Positions 33,499 to 40,694 of a stretch of 40,694 bases of DNA are shown piece by piece (positions within the stretch are counted from its first letter, which is position 1; each line of letters starts with the position of its first letter). The DNA comes from Promethearchaeota archaeon. GTDB lineage: Archaea > Asgardarchaeota > Lokiarchaeia > Sigyniarchaeales > SOKP01. The notes below the pieces were generated by a model. It was not told the origin of the DNA, made no database searches, and worked only from the letters and a program-made list of their open reading frames with translations. A program made the translations under genes and the position numbers. The DNA lies in NCBI GenBank assembly GCA_030610785.1, contig JAUWRB010000001.1, positions 1 through 40,694 of the forward strand, read 5' to 3'.

Positions 33499-35346
33499 TT
33501 AAAATTTCAAATTATCCAATCCTAATTCTTTTAATTTCTTAATATTTGGTTTTCCTGTTATTGGATCCCAATCTTTAACTTGATAATAGAATTTTTTCAA
33601 CTTTTCAAAATCAGGTGTCTTACCTTTTACTGCTCCTTCTTTAGTAGGAGTTAATAATATTTTTGGAATGTGATCATTTTCGGAAGTTAACCCCATTTTA
33701 ATATTGAATAATCTCTTTAAGTTAAAAATACGTTCTCCCATTTTTATCATTTGATTTAAATCTAATTTAAATCCCATTAAATTATTAATAAGCTCCGCCA
33801 TGTAAGAAGGTGGTGGATTCGAAAAAAAGCAACAAATCAAACTAGAATATAATGCTCTATAATCGTGTAAAATTGCTGTTGATTTTGCCATTTTTTGATT
33901 ATTTGAGAACATATTCATTTTGTTTATACCAATCGAGGAAAAATCAACTTCATTCTCTTTTCTTAAAACTTTAAAAACATCTCCTGAAGTATGGCACGAC
34001 CCACGTGGAGCAAAAGCGTAAGTTAGCGATAACCCATAACAAGCCCTTATATCGTGATAAGGAATTTCTAAATTATTTATAGTAGCAATATCCTCTTTAG
34101 AAATGTTAAATTTTTTACCTACAGCCTTAGACCCTTCAGCCAATAAATTTCCAATTCCTTTTCTAAACGCAATTTTTTTAACTAACTCAAGCATGGAATT
34201 AGAATCGCCCCATTCTAATTCTAACCCTTCTATTTCTTCTTTTGTAATAATCCCTTTATTATAAAGGTCAAATAATAGAGCAATCGTGCTGCTGCAACTG
34301 ATTGTATCCATACCGTAATCGTTACATAAATGATTTGCTATGCATATTGATTTTAAATCCTTGTTTAATATCATAGACCCAAAACCAGCGATAGTTTCGT
34401 ATTCAGGACCTTCCGTCTCTTTATTTTCAACGATTATTTTTTTACCACAACCGATTGGACAACTATAACACGATTTATTTTTAATCCAGTATTTTTCTTT
34501 AATTTTATCTCCATTTATGTTATATGCATCGTCCCATTCCCCTTGTGACCAATATTTTATTGGGAGGTCTCCAACGGAATGAAAAGGAACTACGGCAGCA
34601 CTTGTTCCAAACTTTCTTAATCCTTTAGTAGCCGTTGTATTGAGAATATATTTTGTTGTCTTCCTTACAATTTCCTTAAATCCGTCTGGATTTGATATTT
34701 GTGGTTTATTTATTGTACCTCTTACTATTATGCCTTTTAAGTTTTTAGAACCCATTACCGCGCCCATTCCTGTCCGCCCAGCAGATCTGCCTTCGGAATT
34801 TAAATTAGCATACTTTATTAAATTCTCTCCAGCTTGACCTATGCAAAGTACCTTTGATTTTAAATCTCCATATTTTTTTTTTAATTTTTCATGCGTCACT
34901 TTTGTACCTTTACCCCATAAATCTGAAGCGTCTAAAATTTCAGCATTACCGTAAAAGATTTTTAAAATAACAGCTTTTTCTGCTTTTCCAGTGATTATTA
35001 TTCCATCATAACCAGCTTTTTTTAATTCAGGACCAAAAAATCCCCCAGCGTTTGCTTCACCCCATAACCCCGTATATGGAGACTTCGAACAAATAACCAT
35101 TCGTGAAAGCGATGGAGCGTTAGTTAAACAAAATGGACCAGTCATGATCATTAAAATATTTTGAGGAGAAAGAGGATCTGTGTCCTTATTAATTAAATCA
35201 AATAAATATCGACAAGCATATCCTGCTCCACCCATGAAATTCTTTCCATGATTAACATTTAAGCTTTCAGTAGTGATTGAATTATTAGTTAAGTTAATTT
35301 TAAGTAGCTTACCTATAAATCCAAAATATTCATTATTTGTAATCAC
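33499..35346 (-). CDS. aor: Aldehyde:ferredoxin oxidoreductase family (tungstopterin enzyme)
   Basis: 615 aa. N-terminal GKLLKINLTN...GGAGYACRYLF. SAGRTGMGAVMGSKNLKGIIVRG. The CYSCPIGCGK [4Fe-4S] cysteine region and the EGPEYETIAGFGS motif are typical of the AOR family. Confidence 0.85.
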   Translation of the reverse strand: MITNNEYFGFIGKLLKINLTNNSITTESLNVNHGKNFMGGAGYACRYLFDLINKDTDPLSPQNILMIMTGPFCLTNAPSLSRMVICSKSPYTGLWGEANAGGFFGPELKKAGYDGIIITGKAEKAVILKIFYGNAEILDASDLWGKGTKVTHEKLKKKYGDLKSKVLCIGQAGENLIKYANLNSEGRSAGRTGMGAVMGSKNLKGIIVRGTINKPQISNPDGFKEIVRKTTKYILNTTATKGLRKFGTSAAVVPFHSVGDLPIKYWSQGEWDDAYNINGDKIKEKYWIKNKSCYSCPIGCGKKIIVENKETEGPEYETIAGFGSMILNKDLKSICIANHLCNDYGMDTISCSSTIALLFDLYNKGIITKEEIEGLELEWGDSNSMLELVKKIAFRKGIGNLLAEGSKAVGKKFNISKEDIATINNLEIPYHDIRACYGLSLTYAFAPRGSCHTSGDVFKVLRKENEVDFSSIGINKMNMFSNNQKMAKSTAILHDYRALYSSLICCFFSNPPPSYMAELINNLMGFKLDLNQMIKMGERIFNLKRLFNIKMGLTSENDHIPKILLTPTKEGAVKGKTPDFEKLKKFYYQVKDWDPITGKPNIKKLKELGLDNLKF

Positions 35347-35506
35347 TTTTATGAACCTTTTAATACTTATTAAAATAATATCCCATTTAAATTAAAGAAG
35401 AATTTTAAATTGATAAAATCAATAAATACAATAAATTTTATTATTCTATAAAAAAGAATAAAATATCTTTTTAATTTTGTGAGTTGAACTAATTATTAAG
35501 GCTGCC

Positions 35507-36475
35507 GTGTTTGAAGATGTGAAAAAAATCACATATAAAGAAGATTATCCTAAACCCGTACCTGGACCTGATGATGTAATAATTAAAGTACATTATTGCG
35601 CTATTTGCGGAAGTGATTTAACTAATTTTAAATATAAGATGTATCAGACTCCATTAGTTATAGGACACGAGTTTGCGGGTGAAATCATAGAGTTAGGAAA
35701 AAATATTAAGGGATTTGAAATTGGAGATAAGGCCACTGGAATAAACATAATTAGTGAAGAAGGCTACGGTCGATCAAAAGCGTTAGGCATTATGAGAGAT
35801 GGAGGCTTTGCAGAATATGTCAAGGTTCCTAAAGAATATTTATTTCATACTCCGAAATCAATATCAATTAGAGATTGTAGTATGCTTGAATCATTTGCTG
35901 TAGTATTACGAGCGATAAAATTATCTGAAATAGAAAATAATCAGAAAATTGCCATTATTGGAGGCGGAAGCATCGGATTAACAACTTTAAATACACTGCT
36001 TAGCGAAAAAGATCCAAATTATGTTCTTGTCATTGAACCTCACGAGTTCTTAAGGGAAAAAGCAATAGAGATGGGGGCAACTGATTCTGTACCACCTCAA
36101 AAAAATAAAATTAGAAAATTTTTAAAAAAAAATGGATTACCTTCGTATATTTTTGAATGTGCTGGTAACGAAAAATCTTTAATGCTAGCTCTTGATTTAA
36201 TAGTGAAGGGAGGAACAATAATGAATGTGTCTGTTTTTAAAGGTAATATATCGTTTCCCATGTTTTTGATAAATTCTAAAGAAATAACCTTAAAAGGATC
36301 CATATCACATGACGAAGAAGATATTAAAGCTGCTATTGAGCTTTTTGAGAAAAAAAAGATTGATCCTAGTAAATTAATATCAAAAGTTGTTCCGTTAAAA
36401 GATATTCAGAACGCATTTGAAGAATTTCTTGAGCCAGGAGATCGAAAATTTATTAAAATAATTGTAAAGATTTAA
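35507..36475 (+). CDS. Zinc-dependent medium-chain alcohol/polyol dehydrogenase
   Basis: GTG start. CAICGSD and GHEFAGEI zinc-ligand motifs. Rossmann motif IAIIGGGSIG. 322 aa. Confidence 0.8.
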   Translation: MFEDVKKITYKEDYPKPVPGPDDVIIKVHYCAICGSDLTNFKYKMYQTPLVIGHEFAGEIIELGKNIKGFEIGDKATGINIISEEGYGRSKALGIMRDGGFAEYVKVPKEYLFHTPKSISIRDCSMLESFAVVLRAIKLSEIENNQKIAIIGGGSIGLTTLNTLLSEKDPNYVLVIEPHEFLREKAIEMGATDSVPPQKNKIRKFLKKNGLPSYIFECAGNEKSLMLALDLIVKGGTIMNVSVFKGNISFPMFLINSKEITLKGSISHDEEDIKAAIELFEKKKIDPSKLISKVVPLKDIQNAFEEFLEPGDRKFIKIIVKI

Positions 36476-36622
36476 AAAATTAGTTCATAATTTTCTTTTA
36501 ATGAAGGACTTTAATTTTTCTGTAGAGCAATCTTTTTAACTACATAAAAAGAATATATATTTATTCTAATAAATTCTATATAAAAAAAAAGCATTTATTA
36601 ATAAATAAAAGTATGAAATAAT

Positions 36623-37717
36623 ATGACTACTGGAATAGTATATCACCCTATCTATCTCGAACACAAAATAGGCACCCATGTTGAGTCACACCTTCGATTG
36701 GTCGCAATTATGGACTTCCTAAAGGAAAATGGGATCATGGATGATCCAAACTTCAAGCTTATTGAACCAAGAAAAGCTACTTTAAATCAAATTAGATATG
36801 TTCACGAAGATAGCCTAATTAAAGAAGTAAAAGAAGTGAGTGAATTAAGTGACGCCACGGGAAATGTACAAAGTCTAGATATGGATACTCTAGTATCCGG
36901 TAAAACTTTTGAAGCTTCCTTATATTCGGTAGGTGGGAATTTACAAGCAATTGATGAGATAATGAATGGAAATATAAAAAACGCTTTTGCTGCGGTTAGA
37001 CCACCTGGACACCACTCAAATAGATATAAATGTTCTGGATTTTGTATTTTTAACAATATTGCTGTTGCTACGGAATATCTCTTTCGAGAAAAAGGCATAA
37101 AAAGAGTTGCAATAATTGATTGGGATTGTCATCATGGAAACGGAACATCTTCCATATTCTATAGCAATACTGAAACTAAAGATTGTGATGTTATCATGTT
37201 TCACTCTCATCAAGATGGGAGGACTCTTTATCCCGGAAGTGGGTTTATTGGTGAAATTGGTTCTGGAAAAGGTGAAGGAAAGATATTTAATTATCCAATG
37301 CCACCTAGAGCTGCTGAAGATATTATAATGAAGTTTTTTGACGAAATAATTTCACCTGTATGTCATGAATTTAAACCAGAATTTATTCTCATCTCTGCGG
37401 GTTTTGATACTCACTGGACAGACCAACTAACAAATATGGGTTGGACATATCAAGGACCGGCTAATTATTTAAAATTAATAAAAAAAATCGCTAAAAAATA
37501 CGCAAATAATAGGATTTTAATAACATTAGAAGGTGGCTACGAGGTCGATAAACAAGCTAAAGCCGTTTATAATTGCTTAAAAGTCCTTAACAACGAAGAT
37601 GATAACTTAATCGAAGAAAAACCAAGAAGTTCTCAACAAGAATTATTGGATTACATTGATAATAAGTTAATGCCCGAAATTAAAGATAAATTAAAGGATT
37701 ATTGGAATTGTTTTTAA
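36623..37717 (+). CDS. Histone deacetylase / acetoin-utilisation / acetylpolyamine amidohydrolase family protein
   Basis: Arginase-deacetylase fold motifs RPPGHH, IIDWDCHHGNGT, SAGFDTH, EGGY. Confidence 0.85.
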   Translation: MTTGIVYHPIYLEHKIGTHVESHLRLVAIMDFLKENGIMDDPNFKLIEPRKATLNQIRYVHEDSLIKEVKEVSELSDATGNVQSLDMDTLVSGKTFEASLYSVGGNLQAIDEIMNGNIKNAFAAVRPPGHHSNRYKCSGFCIFNNIAVATEYLFREKGIKRVAIIDWDCHHGNGTSSIFYSNTETKDCDVIMFHSHQDGRTLYPGSGFIGEIGSGKGEGKIFNYPMPPRAAEDIIMKFFDEIISPVCHEFKPEFILISAGFDTHWTDQLTNMGWTYQGPANYLKLIKKIAKKYANNRILITLEGGYEVDKQAKAVYNCLKVLNNEDDNLIEEKPRSSQQELLDYIDNKLMPEIKDKLKDYWNCF

Positions 37718-37924
37718 CCATTATAATAAAGAGCTCTAAAACAGATATTTATGACAAATAAATCACGGATTATCACGAATGAGATATTTAATTCGACTTA
37801 AATGTGAGATCATGAAAATACTAATTTCAATATAACACTATATAAATAATTGAATTGATTTTTAATTACTAGAATTAAAACAATTAAATTTTAAAATTAA
37901 ATAAAAATTAAAAGGAAGAAAATA

Positions 37925-38785
37925 ATGTCAGATAATGAGAGAATGGATGAAGAAGAAAAAAAAGATCTAAATAAACCGCCTTCGATGCCTCCGCCTCCAA
38001 CACCTCCCCCTATGACGCCTCCATCTTTAATGGAGCAACCTTCAGCGCCCCCTCCTTTAAAAGCCACTCCTGCCCCTATTATAGAATCTCCTCCTGTGCC
38101 TCCTAGTGGACCTTTACAACAAGATTTTGATATTTTAGCAAATCAAATTCAAGAAAAAGATAATATTATTAATACATTACAAAATCAAATTAATGATTTA
38201 AATTCTCAACTTACTAAATTAAACGCTATACTTCTTGAAAAGGATAATCAATTGAATCTTTTAAACGGGCAAATGCAATCGTTTCAGGAGTCTACTGAAA
38301 CGTATCAAAATAGAATAAATGAATTGACTAAAGAAAATGCTGTATTGCAGGCAAAAATTCCAACATTACAACAAGAAAATTCTGTATTGCAACAACAAAT
38401 AGGTCCGTTAAGGGCTCAAATATCAAAATTACAAGAAGATTTAAATTATAAAGAAAAGCGAATCCAAGAATTAAAAGAACCTAAGGCTGTAATGGCATCC
38501 AGCTTAGGTCAACAAGAAATTAGTTCTCAAACCCCCATCTATGGTAGTGAACCAACTTTAGGTTCTTCTATAAGTTCTGGGTTGGGAGCAACCCCCGATA
38601 CAGGTTCAATGCCAAGCACAAGTCCTAAAGTAAGCACTTCTGGAAGCAGGCGCGTGTGTCCAAATTGTGGTGCGTCTGGTTTTGCTATTAAGGAGATCGA
38701 AGATAAATCAAGAATCATTAGTTACATACCTAAACCAATCTATGCTAAAAAAAATCTCTGTACAAAATGTTCTTTTGAATTTTGA
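37925..38785 (+). CDS. Hypothetical protein: polyproline N-terminus, Q/N/L-rich coiled coil, S/T/G-rich linker, C-terminal zinc ribbon
   Basis: KPPSMPPPPTPPPMTPPSLMEQPSAPPPLKATPAPIIESPPVPPSGP (about nt 37973-38110). Heptad-like NQINDLNSQLTKLNAILLEKDNQLNLLNGQMQ...LQQENSVLQQQIGPLRAQISKLQEDL. C-terminal CPNCG...x29...CTKC. A purine-rich aaaaggaag lies just upstream of the ATG. Confidence 0.6.
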   Translation: MSDNERMDEEEKKDLNKPPSMPPPPTPPPMTPPSLMEQPSAPPPLKATPAPIIESPPVPPSGPLQQDFDILANQIQEKDNIINTLQNQINDLNSQLTKLNAILLEKDNQLNLLNGQMQSFQESTETYQNRINELTKENAVLQAKIPTLQQENSVLQQQIGPLRAQISKLQEDLNYKEKRIQELKEPKAVMASSLGQQEISSQTPIYGSEPTLGSSISSGLGATPDTGSMPSTSPKVSTSGSRRVCPNCGASGFAIKEIEDKSRIISYIPKPIYAKKNLCTKCSFEF

Positions 38786-39024
38786 ATTTTTTATTTATCA
38801 ATATTCTTATATAGCACTTTCTAAAAAACTTTTTGAGATAATTTCCTCATTAATATTAAAAATAATTAAGGAATCCATCGGAAATAATCATAATCTTATT
38901 TAATTAGGTTCAAAAATTTTTTTTATTTTTTTCAATTACATGTGGAAAATTTTAAATGTGGGAAAGATTATATAAATTCTAAATCGACCGTGTTAAAAAG
39001 TAAAGAATATTTTAAAAATTTGGA

Positions 39025-40694
39025 ATGTCTGAATTAAGAGAGGAATTATTAGCCCCCAAACATCTTCGAAAGCGAATTATGGGGGTTGTCATTATTGCTG
39101 GTTTGTTAATTGCCGCATTTGCTTTTTCTACAGCTTTAATTAGCTTAATTTTTGACACCCAAAGGTTATCACCTAATAATAAATTAGCGGATGCTGAAGA
39201 TGAGAACGCTTTACTCATGCTCCCTCCCTTTCCTTTTAACGAAAGTTTTTTAGAAGACCTGTTTTCAGATCTTAATCTAACTCCAGAAGAATTAGAAGAT
39301 TTAATTCAAATGTTGTCTGAGATGTTTGATGGAAATATAGACGATTTAGATTTAGGCATATATGGTGCGGGGATTTTAGCACTTTTATTATCCGATGAGG
39401 AGGTATTTAGAGTTTACGATTATAGTACATTTAGTAACATGTCAGATATTTTGTGGAGATATGAATGTTTTGACGAATATACAGGAGATTCGTGGAAATC
39501 ATCAGCCTCTAAAGATGTATACCCTTTTTATTCTTATGAAGATCACGATTCATTGTACCCCAATTTAGATATTTTATTGTTAAAAATGTTTTTATCGCCA
39601 AATTATGGCATGAATTCGCTTGTTATCCCGTCTCTTTTCCCGACACCCTTTATAATGGATGATAGTGTTACCGCACCAAGTTTGGACACAAGTTTAACAG
39701 CTCTTTATAAAGATGATTTTGATTGTACTACTTTAGACGTTTATTTTTCCGAAAGTAATGAAGTAGGCATGAAATATCAATTATTTGGTTTAGAATTACC
39801 CTCGGGTGAAGAAATAAACAGTACAGCTAAAGATGAAAATTACACTCCAACGGATATAAAAAATCTATTTTTACAATTACCCCCCTCTACAGAAGATTAT
39901 AAGAACAATAATAATCACTTTAGATATCATTATGATATTTTAAAAGGTATTATTAAGGATTCTGATAATGCTTTTATTGTTGCTAACAAAATTAGAACTT
40001 ATCTCCAAGATAATTTCGATTTTCCATCTGATATTGATAGCTATAATCCCGCTCCTGAAGGAAGAGACGCTGTAGACTGGTTTTGTGAAACGGGACAAGG
40101 TGTTTTTTCGGATTTTGCCTCCGCTTTTTGCGTGTTCACAAGGGCTTTTGGCGTAGCAAGTCGCTTCATTGATGGATTTAATAGTCAATCAATAGAACAA
40201 TTTAACGATGTGGATGAAGGAGATAAATCAACTTACGCAATAAAATATAAAAACATATATAATTGGGCGGAAATTTACGTCCCTACAGATGTTTCTGGAG
40301 ATGGAAATTGGGTTCAAATGGATATCTTATACGAAAGATATGGCGGAGGAAATGCTTGGAACACGGATGAATATAACTTTACTGTATGTTCAAATTTTAC
40401 TGAAGGTGATAGAGGTCAAGTTGCTAATATAACCGCTACTTTAAATTCTACCACCGGACCTATAGGAGGTCAATCAATTACATTTACCGATATTACTACT
40501 GGACAACACCTTGGTACCGTTCCCACAAATGCTCATGGGGATGCTTTTATTTTAGTTAACATTGATACTACTCAAGTTGTCGGACCTCATAATATCTCTG
40601 CCAAATATAATCCTCAAACAGAAGCTTATACAAATTATACAATTTTTGATATTATTAGAGTAAACCTTCAAAATACTAATCCTTCTGAAATAAA
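39025..40694 (+). CDS. N-terminally membrane-anchored transglutaminase-like fold protein (catalytic Cys and His apparently substituted), 3' end beyond the window
   Basis: Not in the ORF track because it runs off the end. My translation from the ATG at 39025 gives MSELREELLAPKHLRKRIMGVVIIAGLLIAAFAFSTALISLIF (a single TM). Later comes ETGQGVFSDFASAFCVFTRAFGVASRFIDGF (TGase-like GxCxxFA...RAxGIPARxVxGF pattern, with Phe at 40105-40107 in place of Cys). YNWAEIYVP...NWVQMD follows the HAWxEvY...WxxxD pattern, with Tyr at 40258-40260 in place of His. There are several N-x-S/T sequons. Confidence 0.65.
   Translation, partial: MSELREELLAPKHLRKRIMGVVIIAGLLIAAFAFSTALISLIFDTQRLSPNNKLADAEDENALLMLPPFPFNESFLEDLFSDLNLTPEELEDLIQMLSEMFDGNIDDLDLGIYGAGILALLLSDEEVFRVYDYSTFSNMSDILWRYECFDEYTGDSWKSSASKDVYPFYSYEDHDSLYPNLDILLLKMFLSPNYGMNSLVIPSLFPTPFIMDDSVTAPSLDTSLTALYKDDFDCTTLDVYFSESNEVGMKYQLFGLELPSGEEINSTAKDENYTPTDIKNLFLQLPPSTEDYKNNNNHFRYHYDILKGIIKDSDNAFIVANKIRTYLQDNFDFPSDIDSYNPAPEGRDAVDWFCETGQGVFSDFASAFCVFTRAFGVASRFIDGFNSQSIEQFNDVDEGDKSTYAIKYKNIYNWAEIYVPTDVSGDGNWVQMDILYERYGGGNAWNTDEYNFTVCSNFTEGDRGQVANITATLNSTTGPIGGQSITFTDITTGQHLGTVPTNAHGDAFILVNIDTTQVVGPHNISAKYNPQTEAYTNYTIFDIIRVNLQNTNPSEI

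Noticed and set aside
2423-36475. Linking the GRE (possible aldehyde-forming dehydratase) with the AOR/ADH pair as one pathway island
   Set aside because: The loci are about 28 kb apart and separated by unrelated housekeeping genes (lys, coaBC, top6, mcm). Adjacency gives no support for co-function.
1-40694. Genomic island, prophage or canonical defence system (restriction-modification, toxin-antitoxin, CBASS, etc.)
   Set aside because: I recognised no integrase, transposase, capsid/terminase, methyltransferase-nuclease pair or known defence-domain signature. The tRNA gene has no flanking direct repeat that I could see. The window is mostly core chromosomal genes.

Overview
Visibly AT-rich archaeal chromosomal segment of about 40.7 kb, densely coding on both strands. 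I found no CRISPR array, transposase, integrase or rRNA. The only mobile element I can support is an intein inside the MCM helicase gene.

Information-processing genes: partial valS, an intron-containing tRNA-Ala(CGC), an EndoQ-like PHP nuclease, the top6B-top6A operon, a GINS-like subunit, and the intein-interrupted MCM.

Biosynthetic genes: a lysX-lysZ-lysK (LysW-type) cluster, coaBC and pyrE.

Accessory or metabolic genes: a glycyl-radical enzyme with its activase, a MoxR AAA+ / vWA / SWIM-like three-gene module, a tungsten-type aldehyde:ferredoxin oxidoreductase, a Zn-ADH, an HDAC-family deacetylase and a PPP-family phosphatase.

Top6, MCM and LysW-pathway genes, together with long K/N/E-rich insertions in conserved proteins, suggest an AT-rich archaeon, possibly Asgard/Loki-like. 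That taxonomic guess is inference only.

Most notable observations:
1. The MCM gene carries a ~524-codon LAGLIDADG intein. Its reading frame is broken exactly at an A_AAA_AAA heptamer, where a -1 shift restores one continuous ORF.
2. A 267-aa protein has a DRH...IDFG segment resembling the PI3K/PI4K catalytic core. It lies divergent to the PPP phosphatase.
3. Top6B is 1140 aa, roughly twice the usual size, with several insertions and a basic C-terminal tail containing SAP-like and winged-helix-like segments. A small third ORF is translationally coupled to top6A.
4. The MoxR-vWA-SWIM-like triad lies divergent to the GRE operon.
5. Several unusual architectures: a membrane-anchored HEAT-repeat giant, a polyproline/coiled-coil/zinc-ribbon protein, and a transglutaminase-like protein lacking the catalytic Cys and His.

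All functional calls come from motif recognition by eye in the supplied translations. No database searches were run.
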